Assembly (NCBI GenBank): GCA_030531425.1 | Contig: JAUNNO010000001.1 | Span: 1 to 57,681 of the forward strand | DNA: 57,681 nucleotides | Source of the DNA: a bacterium | Lineage (GTDB): Bacteria; Bacillota_I; Bacilli_A; RF39; UBA660 | Direction of reading: 5' to 3' | Part shown: piece after piece, positions 35,747 to 46,349 of the stretch | Layout of the letters: every line of letters starts with the position of its first letter | Position numbering within the stretch: the first letter of the stretch is position 1 | Translations under genes and position numbers: made by a program | Notes under the pieces: generated by a model | Told to the model about the DNA's origin: nothing | Seen by the model: only the letters and a program-made list of their open reading frames with translations | The model's database searches: none

Positions 35747-35770
35747 ATATTGAAATATTGAAATATTGAA
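35747..35770. repeat. perfect tandem octamer (ATATTGAA)x3 in the rplS upstream region
   Basis: Read directly from the sequence. On the minus strand this is TTCAATAT x3, 64-87 nt upstream of the rplS GTG. Confidence 0.9.
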
Positions 35771-35835
35771 AAGCGGATCACGCTATTAATAATATCATAT
35801 TTTGTTTAGTTTTACAAGTATTTATTGACAAAATC

Positions 35836-35859
35836 CAAAAAAAGAAGCTATTTTGCTTC
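35836..35859 (-). terminator. Rho-independent terminator of rny
   Basis: Minus strand GAAGC-AAAATA-GCTTC followed by TTTTTTTGG. The TAG stop lies in the loop. Confidence 0.5.
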
Positions 35860-37413
35860 TTCAACTGCTCTAGTTTCTCTTATTACAGTAACTTTTATAG
35901 TTCCTGGATATTGCAATTCTTCTTCTATTCTATTTTTTATGTCACGTGCTACCTTATGACTTTCAACATCTGTTATTTCTTCTGGCTTAACAATTACTCT
36001 AAGTTCTCTACCCGCTTGCATAGCAAACGCTGTATCTACACCTTTTTGATCGTTTGCAATATTCTCTAAATCATGTAATCTTTGTACATAATTTTCTAAC
36101 GAATCATTTCTAGCGCCAGGTCTTGTTGCAGATAATGTGTCTGCGATTGCTACTAAAGAAGCTATAATAAAGTTAGAATCAGTATCGCCGTGATGTGATT
36201 CAATAGTATTTATAACGACATCATTTTCTTTATATTTTTTTGCAATACTAGCTCCTATTTCAACATGACTTCCTTCAATTTCGTGATCTATAGATTTTCC
36301 TATATCATGTAAAAGTCCTGCTCTTTTAGCTAAATTTTCATTTTCGCCTAATTCACCTGCCATTATACCAGCTAGTGAGGCAACTTCAATAGAGTGTTTT
36401 AATGCATTTTGACCATAACTTGTTCTAAAATGAAGTTTACCAATTAATTCTATAAGTTCAGGATCTATTTTAGTAAGCCCTAATTCGAACAAAGCATTTT
36501 GACCATATTCAACTATTTTTTCTTTCATTTCCTTGCAAGTTTTATCATAAATTTCCTCTATTCTTGCAGGATGAATTCTACCATCCTTGATTAAAGTTTC
36601 AATAGTTATTCTAGCAATTTCTCTTCTCAAAGGATCAAATGATGATAAAACAATTGCTTCAGGTGTATCATCTATAATTAAATCTACTCCTGTAACTGAC
36701 TCAATAGTTCTAATATTTCTTCCTTCTCTTCCTATTATACGTCCTTTCATTTCATCATTTGGTAAATCTACAACTGTTATAGTCTGTTCTTCTACAACAT
36801 CACTTGCATATTTTTGCATACTTTCAACTAACATATTTTTGGATTTTTTATCAACTTCCAATTTTGCTTCAGCTTCTTTATCTTTGATGTATGAAGCAAT
36901 CTCTAAAGTCATTGATTCTTCAACTTTTTTCATTACTTCTTCTTTTGCTTTTTGTTTATCATATCCACTAATACGCTCTAAAACTTGCAACTGTTCTTCT
37001 TTTAATTTCTCCACATTTGCTTCTTGTTCTTGAATATCTTTTTGTTTATCTAATATATTTTTTTCTTTTTCTTCTAATAAATTTTCTCTTTTTTGAAGAT
37101 TTTGATCTCTTCTATCAATATTTTCTTCTCTAGTTATAAGTCTATTTTCAGATTCTTTTATCTCACTTTTTTTCTCCCTTATAGCTTTTTCTGTTTCTTC
37201 TTTTAATTCATTAGCTTCTTTTTTAGCTTCTAATATATATTTATTTTTTATCTTTTCTGCTTCTGTTTTAGCTTCATCTAATATTTTTGATGATTTATCT
37301 TTAGCAGAATTTTTTCTTATAAGATTTAATATAAACATTACGACTATTCCAACAATAAGTCCTATTAAGACTAGCAAAATGGAGATTATAATATTATCCA
37401 TATTATCCTCCAT
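35848..37413 (-). CDS. rny: ribonuclease Y
   Basis: 521 aa with an N-terminal TM helix, a coiled coil, KH domain [12 protein letters not shown], and HD domain LLHDIGK. Confidence 0.96.
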   Translation of the reverse strand: MEDNMDNIIISILLVLIGLIVGIVVMFILNLIRKNSAKDKSSKILDEAKTEAEKIKNKYILEAKKEANELKEETEKAIREKKSEIKESENRLITREENIDRRDQNLQKRENLLEEKEKNILDKQKDIQEQEANVEKLKEEQLQVLERISGYDKQKAKEEVMKKVEESMTLEIASYIKDKEAEAKLEVDKKSKNMLVESMQKYASDVVEEQTITVVDLPNDEMKGRIIGREGRNIRTIESVTGVDLIIDDTPEAIVLSSFDPLRREIARITIETLIKDGRIHPARIEEIYDKTCKEMKEKIVEYGQNALFELGLTKIDPELIELIGKLHFRTSYGQNALKHSIEVASLAGIMAGELGENENLAKRAGLLHDIGKSIDHEIEGSHVEIGASIAKKYKENDVVINTIESHHGDTDSNFIIASLVAIADTLSATRPGARNDSLENYVQRLHDLENIANDQKGVDTAFAMQAGRELRVIVKPEEITDVESHKVARDIKNRIEEELQYPGTIKVTVIRETRAVEEAK

Positions 37414-37497
37414 TTCTATTCGAGTTATTAACTCTATTATTATTATAAAATATCATAGAAAATAAATCAAGCCAAAACAAAAAAAACAGACATAAAT

Positions 37498-38688
37498 CTA
37501 TTTTTTTATTCCCTTTAAACCTTTTAAACCTTTAATTCCATAATTACTTAATATATTAGATTCAAAAGAATATACTTTGTTTGATCTTCTTTTATAATCT
37601 TTTATACATAAAGTAATCATTTCATCTAATAAATCTTCATATTTTTTTCCAACTGGTTCCCATAAGTAAAAAGCTAAACTACCAGGAATTGTATTTGGTT
37701 CATTTATGTAAAATTTATTAGTTTTTTTATCTATAAGATAGTCTATTCTACATACACCACTTAAATTTAAAGCTCTAAATGCTTTTTTTGATGTATCTTT
37801 AATATCTTTTTCTAAATTTGAATCTATTCTAGCAGGTATTATTCTACTTGCACTTGCCATACCTTTAGTTTGATTTAATTTTCCTTTAGAGCCACTAGCA
37901 TATTTATCTTGATATGTTAAAAAATCTTCATCAGAAGTTACTTCTTCTATAACACTTGCTTCTTGATTCTCATAGTTTCCAAACACACTACAATTAACTT
38001 CTACTAAATTTTGAACTGCACTCTCTACTACGACTTTAGTATCATACTTCATGGCTTCTTCTATAGCACTAGCTAATTCTATTTCGCTTTTGACATATGT
38101 AATTCCAACACTACTACCTAGTGTTGCTGGTTTTACTATTACAGGATAACCTAACTTTTTAACGTCTTCAAATATTTTTTCTGAATCATCTGCATAATCA
38201 CTATCAAAAAACCAAGTATAATCAACAACAGGTAATTTCATATCTTTAAATATTTGTTTCATTACAACCTTATCTTGTCCTAATGCACTACCAAGTACTC
38301 TACTTCCAACATAAGGAATGCCTACGCTATCTAAATAACCTTGAAGTGTGCCATCTTCAGCATTATTTCCGTGAACAATTGGGAATGCTATATCAATATC
38401 TGTTATATTACGTCTAAATAACCCTTTTGTATTTTGTAAATAAAATCCATTTTTTGACTTTGTTAAAACTACTTGTTTGGCATATCTTTTTAGTTCGTTA
38501 AAATCTTTATATATATCTATTTCTTTTAACATAGCACCAGTATACCAAATTCTATCTTTACTAATATATATAGGAACAACTTCATACTTATCTTTATTTA
38601 TGTGTTCCATAGCTTGAACTGCAGTTATAATACTAACTTCATGTTCTACAGTTTCTCCTCCAAATATTACACCGACTTTAATTTTCAT
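37498..38688 (-). CDS. ddl: D-alanine--D-alanine ligase (long form)
   Basis: 396 aa with VIFGGETVEHEVSI, an ATP-grasp core, and EPNTIPG. Adjacent to murF. Confidence 0.9.
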   Translation of the reverse strand: MKIKVGVIFGGETVEHEVSIITAVQAMEHINKDKYEVVPIYISKDRIWYTGAMLKEIDIYKDFNELKRYAKQVVLTKSKNGFYLQNTKGLFRRNITDIDIAFPIVHGNNAEDGTLQGYLDSVGIPYVGSRVLGSALGQDKVVMKQIFKDMKLPVVDYTWFFDSDYADDSEKIFEDVKKLGYPVIVKPATLGSSVGITYVKSEIELASAIEEAMKYDTKVVVESAVQNLVEVNCSVFGNYENQEASVIEEVTSDEDFLTYQDKYASGSKGKLNQTKGMASASRIIPARIDSNLEKDIKDTSKKAFRALNLSGVCRIDYLIDKKTNKFYINEPNTIPGSLAFYLWEPVGKKYEDLLDEMITLCIKDYKRRSNKVYSFESNILSNYGIKGLKGLKGIKK

Positions 38689-38699
38689 AAAACACTCTC

Positions 38700-40286
38700 C
38701 TATTCATTAAATAAATCTGGTAAATCATTTTCTAAAAGCACATAAGTATTTCCTTTAGCAAGTCTATTCATTAAAGGAAAGGCTTCTTTTACATCATTAA
38801 GTATAAAAATCTTCTTATCATCATAGCCACTTTTTATTAATCCATCATAAATTGGTTTTGTCTGATTTTTACCAATTAATATTGCATAATCACAAGAAGA
38901 TGCCATATATTCTCCAAATTTATAATTTAAATTATATTGCTCACTACCTAATTCTATCATACCTGGAGTTACTACAATTTTAACTCCATCCATAAGTTTT
39001 AAAACTTCTAAAGCTCTTTTTGATCCCACAGGATTTGAATTATAAGCATCATCTATTATAAATATATTTCCATACTTTTTTAATTCAAGACGATGTTCTA
39101 TAGGTTTTATACTACTTACTCCTCTTTGAAGTTGTTCTATAGTAAGACCTAACTCATATCCTAGCATAATACCATTAAGTATATTATATATGTTATGAGT
39201 GCCTAATAATTTTGTTTTAAAATTATAAGATTTTTTATCACCTTTAAATATACAATCAAAACTAGTCCCATTACTAGATAATTTTATATTAGTAGCTTTT
39301 AAATCTACATCATCATTATTAATTCCAACCCAAAGAACTTTACATTTATTTTTTAATTTATATTTAACTTGATATTCGTCATCTCTATTTAATATAGCAA
39401 CTCCATCTCTACCTAAAGATTCTATAAGTTCAAATTTACCTTTCATAATATTATCTCTAGAGCCAAATGTTTCTAAATGAGCTTCTCCTATTGTAGTAAT
39501 AATACCATATTTAGGTTTTACTAATTTACAATTTTGTTTTATTTCTCCTAATTTAAAAGCTCCCATTTCAGCTATAAAAATATCATTAAATTTATCTAAA
39601 TAATTATTTATAGAACGTATTAATCCATAAGGAGTATTAAAGCTTTTTGGCGTTGCAAATGAGTTTAGTTTAACATTTAGTATATCATTAATTATATTTT
39701 TACTACTGGTTTTTCCATAACTTCCTGTAATTCCAACAACAGGAATATTCATAGTATTTAATTTTTTAATAGCTTTATGTTTATAATATAAATATACACA
39801 TTTTTCTATTGGCTTATTTACAAAATTAGCGGTCATTACAACAAAATAGTTTAAATAAGTAATAAGTCCCAAAAGTAAATATGCATAAACTAAATTATCA
39901 TAATCAAAATTAACTATAAATGGAATTATCATAATAAAATAAAAAATAAACATAGTAAATATTAATCTTTTAATTCTAGATGTTATGACTAATGGTTTTT
40001 TTACTTGAACTGGCTTCTTTTTATATAATAAAAATATAATACCATATAAAACAATAAATATACCTATGCAAAAACCAATTTCGAAAAACAAAGTGCAAAT
40101 CATAATAACAAATAATATATCACTATCATAAGCTATTTTAGTTATATTTGTTAAAATCCATTTGAAATATCTATTATCATCATCATAATAATTTTGCTGT
40201 AACATATGAAAAGATTTTTTTGTTTTTAATATCGTAAATAGTAAAAAAGGAATTAATGATATTAAAAATAATGTCATATTATTCAT
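38700..40286 (-). CDS. murF: Mur ligase (MurF-like) with N-terminal polytopic membrane domain
   Basis: 528 aa. Residues 1 to about 170 form about 5 hydrophobic helices. These are followed by the Mur ligase P-loop GITGSYGKTS and middle and C-terminal domains (DDAYNSNP). Confidence 0.8.
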   Translation of the reverse strand: MNNMTLFLISLIPFLLFTILKTKKSFHMLQQNYYDDDNRYFKWILTNITKIAYDSDILFVIMICTLFFEIGFCIGIFIVLYGIIFLLYKKKPVQVKKPLVITSRIKRLIFTMFIFYFIMIIPFIVNFDYDNLVYAYLLLGLITYLNYFVVMTANFVNKPIEKCVYLYYKHKAIKKLNTMNIPVVGITGSYGKTSSKNIINDILNVKLNSFATPKSFNTPYGLIRSINNYLDKFNDIFIAEMGAFKLGEIKQNCKLVKPKYGIITTIGEAHLETFGSRDNIMKGKFELIESLGRDGVAILNRDDEYQVKYKLKNKCKVLWVGINNDDVDLKATNIKLSSNGTSFDCIFKGDKKSYNFKTKLLGTHNIYNILNGIMLGYELGLTIEQLQRGVSSIKPIEHRLELKKYGNIFIIDDAYNSNPVGSKRALEVLKLMDGVKIVVTPGMIELGSEQYNLNYKFGEYMASSCDYAILIGKNQTKPIYDGLIKSGYDDKKIFILNDVKEAFPLMNRLAKGNTYVLLENDLPDLFNE

Positions 40287-41022
40287 CTCCTATAAAATTT
40301 TTTAATATATTAACAGTCTGAGATAGTCTTTCTATATAAGCGTAATGACTACATCCTTCATAAGGTATTACTGCTGAATCAGATATTAATTTTTCTAATT
40401 CATATGCATCTTCTATAGAAACTTCTTGATCCATAGTACCCCATATTATTAATGTAGGACACTTTATACTTTTTACTTCTTCTGTTATATCTAAATTAAC
40501 GTGATCTACTAATACTTTTCTCATAAAATCACTAGATTCTTTATAATCTCTTGATCCAATATGTCTTTTTGCAAATCCTTCTAATTTATTTAATATAGGT
40601 ACTTTCTTTAAAAATTTTAATATTCTAGTCTTAATACTTAATTTTTTTATTTGTTTTTTAAAAGGGCTTCCAAATAAAACTAATTTTTTTACTTTATACT
40701 TGCTAGCATATATTAAACTTATCTTACCACCAAATGAATGACCTATTAAAATAGGATTATCTACATTTAGTTCATCTAATAATTTTTTAATACAAAAAGC
40801 ATAATCATAAATAGACCATATACAACTAGGCTCTTTTGACAAACCAAAACCTGGTAAATCTACTATTATTATCCTATTCTTTTTTTGTAGTTTATCTCCA
40901 ATAGGCTTCATCATTTCAATATTTTGACCCCATCCGTGAAGTAAAACTATGGTGTTTTTGCCTTCTCCATAATCTATATAATTAATTTGTGTATTACAAA
41001 TTTTTTTAATCACTTCTATCAC
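40279..41022 (-). CDS. alpha/beta hydrolase
   Basis: 247 aa with HGWG and nucleophile elbow GHSFGG. The alternative GTG start at 41013 has a better AGGTGA spacing. Confidence 0.85.
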   Translation of the reverse strand: MIEVIKKICNTQINYIDYGEGKNTIVLLHGWGQNIEMMKPIGDKLQKKNRIIIVDLPGFGLSKEPSCIWSIYDYAFCIKKLLDELNVDNPILIGHSFGGKISLIYASKYKVKKLVLFGSPFKKQIKKLSIKTRILKFLKKVPILNKLEGFAKRHIGSRDYKESSDFMRKVLVDHVNLDITEEVKSIKCPTLIIWGTMDQEVSIEDAYELEKLISDSAVIPYEGCSHYAYIERLSQTVNILKNFIGDE

Positions 41023-41287
41023 CTACTATATTATAACACCTTTAATAAGAAAAAAAAAGTGGTGATTATAATTTCATTTACTTCAAAATCACTAAAATTC
41101 AGTTAATGCTTTTTGTTAGTCGATGAAAAAGTAAATTTCATATATAAATTGCCATTTTACTAAAAAAATTGATAGTTTTTTTAATTTTTCTACCAATTTC
41201 TTACACTTCATAATTAGTCGCAGATAATGAAATTTAACGTTACATTTGACTAACCAAAAAAAATGATTTATTTCTTTGCAATTCTAT

Positions 41288-42379
41288 TTAAAACATTTTT
41301 ATAAAATTTATTAATATATCATTAGAAACATATATATATTTTGGATTAATGTATATATGTTTTTTATCTTCTAATAATTTTTCTTCATTTAATAATTTAT
41401 TTACTATTTCTAAATCTTTTATATTCATATTATATTTCTTATTAAACAGTTCTTTATTTATACCATTAATTTTTCTAAAACCTAATATAAATTCATTTTC
41501 TATAGTTTCATTTATACTAAGTTTATTAGATTCTTTTATATAATTTCCTTTTAAATATTCATTAAAACTTTTAGTATTATCGTATCTTACACTATCTATA
41601 TATCCTGAAGCACCTATACCAAATCCATAGTATTCTAGATTATTCCAATATACTAAATTATGTTTTGATTCATAACCTTTCTTTGCAAAATTACTAATTT
41701 CATAATGATTATAACCATTACTTTCTAACTTTTTACAAATAAGTTTATACATTTCATAATCTAAATCTTCTTCTATATCAGATTCTTTATTAATATATAG
41801 TTTTGTATTAGGCTCTATTATAAGTGAATATGTAGATATATGAGTTATATCTAATTTTAAAAATTCATCTATATCACTTTCTAATTCATTTATTAATTGG
41901 TTAGGAAGTGCATAAATTAAGTCTATATTTATATTTTTAAAGCCAATATTTTTAGCCAAATTTATTTTATTTATTACATCCTCTTTAGAATGATTTCTAT
42001 TTAAATAATTTAGAAATTTAGAATTAAATGTTTGTACACCTATACTAATTCTATTAACTCCATTTTTATATAAAAATTCTAATTTTTCTTTTGTTAGATT
42101 TTCTATATTACATTCAAAAGTAAATTCTATATTCTTATTTAATTTAAATATTTTTATTATATTAAACAACTTATTTAACTCATCAATATTTAAACAAGAT
42201 GGCGTTCCTCCACCTATATACAAAGTATTAATAACCTCATTTTTATAATTTTTTTTAATTTCATCTTCTAGGGCCATTAAATACTCATTAATCCATTTAT
42301 CATTTTTTATAAATTTACAAAAATCGCAATAAGAACAAATAGAATCACAAAATGGAATATGTATATATACCGATTTCAT
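41288..42379 (-). CDS. hemW: radical SAM heme chaperone HemW (HemN-like)
   Basis: 363 aa with the CxxxCxxC motif as CDSICSYCDF, and GGGTPS. Confidence 0.9.
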   Translation of the reverse strand: MKSVYIHIPFCDSICSYCDFCKFIKNDKWINEYLMALEDEIKKNYKNEVINTLYIGGGTPSCLNIDELNKLFNIIKIFKLNKNIEFTFECNIENLTKEKLEFLYKNGVNRISIGVQTFNSKFLNYLNRNHSKEDVINKINLAKNIGFKNINIDLIYALPNQLINELESDIDEFLKLDITHISTYSLIIEPNTKLYINKESDIEEDLDYEMYKLICKKLESNGYNHYEISNFAKKGYESKHNLVYWNNLEYYGFGIGASGYIDSVRYDNTKSFNEYLKGNYIKESNKLSINETIENEFILGFRKINGINKELFNKKYNMNIKDLEIVNKLLNEEKLLEDKKHIYINPKYIYVSNDILINFIKMF

Positions 42380-42705
42380 TATCTTCTTTTTGATCCTTTA
42401 AAAAGGCCCTTTGAATCTTTCAAAGCAACATAATCGCTAGCAAAAGTATCTCCACCATTTTTATTACCAATTTCTTTATTTTCTTTTAATCTTCTTTTTA
42501 TTTCTTCAATTATAAAATCAGATTGATCTCCATAAATATATCTTATAATATCTTCATCATTTAAATATCTATGGATTGAAGATTTTGAGATACCTAAACT
42601 TTTATCAGCAGCCATTTCATATATAGTTTTTCTTTCTTTAAGAAATATTTCAACTACTTTTTCTACTTTATATACTTTATTTAAATATTTATCTTGATTT
42701 AACAC
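42379..42705 (-). CDS. SpoIIID-like helix-turn-helix protein
   Basis: 108 aa. GISKSSIHRYLND and a downstream ..NGGDT.. resemble B. subtilis SpoIIID (GVSKSTVHKDLTE ... RGGEAT). Confidence 0.5.
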   Translation of the reverse strand: MLNQDKYLNKVYKVEKVVEIFLKERKTIYEMAADKSLGISKSSIHRYLNDEDIIRYIYGDQSDFIIEEIKRRLKENKEIGNKNGGDTFASDYVALKDSKGLFKGSKRR

Positions 42706-43291
42706 TATTTTCGCCTCTATTTTTTAATCTAGACATAGTTAAGTGAAAATTAGAAAGTTCTTCTATTTTTTCTTTTAAAACATTATCTGTTAATTTTTTT
42801 TCATTAGCTCTTAATCTATCTTTATCTATACCTAAAGCATTTAGTATACCAGATTTTGGAATACAATACTTAATCCTATACTTAGAAATTATTATTGTTT
42901 CTTCTTCTGTTAAAGGTTTATCAAATTCTTTATTTTTAATCTTATTAAAGTCCCTATCTGTTTTGGTTAATCTATCTATAATTTCTTTTTTCGTATCGTC
43001 ATCAGACATTCTTTTTGCAAAGGCATAATCTCTTAAGAAACTAGCAGCATTTTTATATGCTAAATTAGATGCCTCTTCAGATTCAAACATAGTTTCATAG
43101 TAAAATAGGTATTGATAAACATTTTTTCTTTTTGTTTCAAAATCTAATGTACTAAATATTGAATCATATATTTCTTTTTGATTTACCTCAGTAGCATCTA
43201 TATCTAAAAGTTTACATAGATTCTTTAATGACACTCTATACTCTAGTGCTACCTTCCCAATAAATGAATAAAATTCTTTGCTTTTTTCCAT
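42689..43291 (-). CDS. hypothetical protein
   Basis: 200-aa ORF wedged between lepA and the HTH gene, overlapping the latter by 17 nt. No motif recognised. Confidence 0.65.
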   Translation of the reverse strand: MEKSKEFYSFIGKVALEYRVSLKNLCKLLDIDATEVNQKEIYDSIFSTLDFETKRKNVYQYLFYYETMFESEEASNLAYKNAASFLRDYAFAKRMSDDDTKKEIIDRLTKTDRDFNKIKNKEFDKPLTEEETIIISKYRIKYCIPKSGILNALGIDKDRLRANEKKLTDNVLKEKIEELSNFHLTMSRLKNRGENSVKSR

Positions 43292-43292
43292 A

Positions 43293-45098
43293 TTAATTCT
43301 CCTCCATAGAAAGTACAGATAAAAATGCTTCTTGAGGTACTTCTACACTCCCTACCATTTTCATTCTCTTTTTACCTTCTTTTTGTTTTTCTAATAATTT
43401 TCTTTTTCTTGATACGTCACCGCCATAGCATTTAGCAAGTACATTTTTTCTTACTGCTTTTATATCTGTTCTAGCTATTGCTTTAGTTCCAATTACAGCT
43501 TGTATTGGTATTTCAAATTGTTGACGTGGTATTAATTTTCTTAAATTTTCTACTATTGCTTTTCCTCTGTTATAAGCAAAATCTTTATGAACTATTAAAC
43601 TTAAGGCATCTACTATATCACCATTAAGTAAAATATCCATTTTAACTAAATTACTAGGTCTATAACCTATTAATTCATAATCAAAAGATGCATATCCTTT
43701 AGTGTAGCTTTTTAATTTATCAAAGAAATCATATACTATTTCGGACAAAGGTATCTCATAATGTATATTAACACGAGTTTGATCTATATACTCCATAGAT
43801 ACATAATTTCCTCTTTTATTTTGACAAAGTTCCATAATAGAACCTATATAGTCACTAGGTACAAATATATTAGTTTTTATATATGGCTCTCTTATTTCTT
43901 TTATTTTAACTTTATCTGGCATTTTTGAGGGGCTATCTACATTTATTATGGACTTATCAGTAAGTTCTACTTCATAAATAACAGAAGGAGATGTAGCAAT
44001 TAAATCTATATTAAATTCCCGCTCTATTCTTTCTTCAATTATTTCCATATGTAATAACCCTAAAAAGCCACATCTAAATCCAAATCCAAGTGCTTCTGAT
44101 GTTTCTGGTTCAAATTCAAGTGAAGCATCATTTAATTTTAATTTTTCTAAAGCTTCTCTAAGAAGTGGAAATTTACTTGATTCTATCGGATAAATACCAC
44201 AAAACACCATAGGTTTCATAGGCTTATATCCCTTTAAAGGAATGCTAGGATTAGAATACAAAGTTATAGTATCTCCAACCTTTACATCCTCTATTTTTTT
44301 GATACTAGCACATAAATATCCAACTTCACCTGTTGTTAATTCATTTTTCTTATTTATATGTGGAGTATTAACTCCAAGCTCAACTACATCATATTCTTTT
44401 GAAGTTGCAAGCATTTTTATTTTATCTCCTACTTTTACACTGCCATTAATAATTCTAATAAGAGTAACTATACCTCTATAAGAATCAAAATAGCTATCAA
44501 ATATTAGAGCTTGCAACCTATCTTCTTTTTTTCCTGTAGGAGATGGTATTCTAGTTATTACAGCTTCTACCAATTCTTTTATTCCTATACCATTTTTAGC
44601 ACTACAAAGTATTATTTCATCTTCACTAAAACCTAAATTATTTATTAATTCACTTTTTACTTTATCTACATCTGCATTAGGCAAATCTATTTTATTAATA
44701 ACAGGAATTATAGTTAAATCATTTTCCATAGCAAGATATAAATTAGCAAGTGTCTGAGCTTCTATTCCCTGAGCTGCATCTACAACAAGAATTGCTCCCT
44801 CACAAGCTGCAAGGCTTCTAGACACTTCATATGTAAAATCCACATGTCCTGGTGTGTCAATTAAATGTAATATATAATCTTCACCCTCATATTTATATTT
44901 TAATTGAACCGAATTTAATTTAATTGTAATTCCACGTTCCCTTTCAATATCCATACTATCTAATAATTGTTCTTGTCTTTCTCTTTCTGTAATAGCGCCA
45001 GTAATGTCAAGGATTCTATCTGCAATTGTGCTTTTCCCATGATCTATATGGGCTATTATAGAAAAATTTCTTATATTTTCCTGCTTCATCAATTTCAC
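43293..45098 (-). CDS. lepA: translation elongation factor 4 (LepA)
   Basis: [24 protein letters not shown] and NKIDL. The likely true start is the ATG at 45089 (MKQEN..), preceded by AGGTGA. An extended -10 TGGTATAAT lies just upstream. Confidence 0.96.
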   Translation of the reverse strand: MKLMKQENIRNFSIIAHIDHGKSTIADRILDITGAITERERQEQLLDSMDIERERGITIKLNSVQLKYKYEGEDYILHLIDTPGHVDFTYEVSRSLAACEGAILVVDAAQGIEAQTLANLYLAMENDLTIIPVINKIDLPNADVDKVKSELINNLGFSEDEIILCSAKNGIGIKELVEAVITRIPSPTGKKEDRLQALIFDSYFDSYRGIVTLIRIINGSVKVGDKIKMLATSKEYDVVELGVNTPHINKKNELTTGEVGYLCASIKKIEDVKVGDTITLYSNPSIPLKGYKPMKPMVFCGIYPIESSKFPLLREALEKLKLNDASLEFEPETSEALGFGFRCGFLGLLHMEIIEERIEREFNIDLIATSPSVIYEVELTDKSIINVDSPSKMPDKVKIKEIREPYIKTNIFVPSDYIGSIMELCQNKRGNYVSMEYIDQTRVNIHYEIPLSEIVYDFFDKLKSYTKGYASFDYELIGYRPSNLVKMDILLNGDIVDALSLIVHKDFAYNRGKAIVENLRKLIPRQQFEIPIQAVIGTKAIARTDIKAVRKNVLAKCYGGDVSRKRKLLEKQKEGKKRMKMVGSVEVPQEAFLSVLSMEEN

Positions 45099-45251
45099 CT
45101 TTAATTATTATACCAAAAAAAAGATGCTTTAGTAAACTTTTTATTGCAATTTAAAATAGCATCTCCATTTTTATCAAATTTGTCAAAATTATAAACCTCT
45201 TATAAAGTGTTAATCATGATGTTTATTTTTTTACAAAATATAATAACACAA

Positions 45252-46349
45252 TCAAATATATTTATAATTATTATTTATATATTCTTTTAATTTTTCTTTA
45301 TCATTTTCTATTAATTTATTAACCAATTTATATTCTAAATCATTATATATTTCTTTTAAAAATTTACCAGGTTTTTTATTTAACAAATCGCATATTTCTT
45401 TAGCATCTATATTTATATTTGTTTTATTGTGTATATACATACTATTATACTTTTCATTTACAAGGTTTTTATCTATACCTTTTATTTCACTAACTATAGT
45501 AGATATATATAGTCCATATTTATATAGATTATTAAAATCCAAAACATCTTTATTCATTAATTCATTTATAGCTATAATAGACTCTTTTTCTGTATTATTA
45601 AATGTATATTTATCTACAACATCTAACTGAGCCCATATTCCTATTAAATAAGTTGTGGGTATAACATTAGATAGATTTGATAATTCCAACTCACTATCAA
45701 GGCCTAATTCTCTTATAAGTCTTATGCCATAACTAGAATTATTACTAGAAAAAATTTTATCTAGTTCTTCTTTTTTTCTATAATAAGATAATCCTTTAAG
45801 CAAACTTTTATGTTTCTTTATTGCAAGTTTTAATTCATCATCTAATCTAAAATTTAATACAGTAGCAAATCTTATAGCTCTTAAAATTCTAAGTGAATCT
45901 TCATATATCTTGAAATCTGGATCACCTACTGTTTTAATTATTTTGTCATTTATATCAAATCTGCCATTTAAAAGATCTATTAAATTTCCATTTTTATCTA
46001 TGCACATAGTATTCATAGTGAAATCTCTTCTTTTAAGATCATCTAAAAGATTATTAACATATTCTATTTCTATTGGCTTTCTATTATTTAAATATTTAAT
46101 ATCTTTTCTAAAGGTAGTTATTTCATAACGAATGGAATGATCTATTAGAGTTACTGAACCATACTGTTCTGCAGGAAGTAACAAACTACCAAAAATTTTT
46201 TTTAATTCTTTTGGTGTTGCGTTGGTACAAATATCATAATCTATAGTTTCTCTTCCTATATATAAATCTCTAGGGTACCCACCTACCAAATATGATTGAT
46301 ATCCACTACTATCAATTTTTTTTAGTATTTTTAAAGCATTTTCATTCAT
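45252..46349 (-). CDS. cca: CCA-adding enzyme / poly(A) polymerase family nucleotidyltransferase
   Basis: 365 aa with GGYPRDL..DYD head-domain motifs and RRDFTMN. Confidence 0.85.
   Translation of the reverse strand: MNENALKILKKIDSSGYQSYLVGGYPRDLYIGRETIDYDICTNATPKELKKIFGSLLLPAEQYGSVTLIDHSIRYEITTFRKDIKYLNNRKPIEIEYVNNLLDDLKRRDFTMNTMCIDKNGNLIDLLNGRFDINDKIIKTVGDPDFKIYEDSLRILRAIRFATVLNFRLDDELKLAIKKHKSLLKGLSYYRKKEELDKIFSSNNSSYGIRLIRELGLDSELELSNLSNVIPTTYLIGIWAQLDVVDKYTFNNTEKESIIAINELMNKDVLDFNNLYKYGLYISTIVSEIKGIDKNLVNEKYNSMYIHNKTNINIDAKEICDLLNKKPGKFLKEIYNDLEYKLVNKLIENDKEKLKEYINNNYKYI

Noticed and set aside
35747-35770. The tandem octamer and other short repeats, considered as a CRISPR array.
   Set aside because: The units are 8 nt with no spacers. 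No repeat-spacer architecture or cas genes occur anywhere in the window.
36587-37033. Plus-strand ORFs of 60-148 aa antisense to long minus-strand genes (for example 8669..8869, 9875..10057, 18760..19059, 19375..19674, 26030..26419, 36587..37033, 44242..44481, 51130..51474).
   Set aside because: They lie entirely inside well-supported genes on the other strand and have low-complexity S/I/F/L-rich translations. I saw no convincing RBS in front of them, although I did not check each one individually. They are shadow ORFs typical of AT-rich DNA.
41230-41247. Near-palindrome AAATTTAACGTTACATTT upstream of the hydrolase-murF-ddl genes, considered as a cre/CcpA or LacI-type operator.
   Set aside because: The core TAACGTTA gives a 12-mer geometry rather than the 14-mer cre pattern TGWNANCGNTNWCA. 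It has a mismatch pair and sits more than 200 nt from the start codon. It cannot be distinguished from chance in AT-rich DNA.
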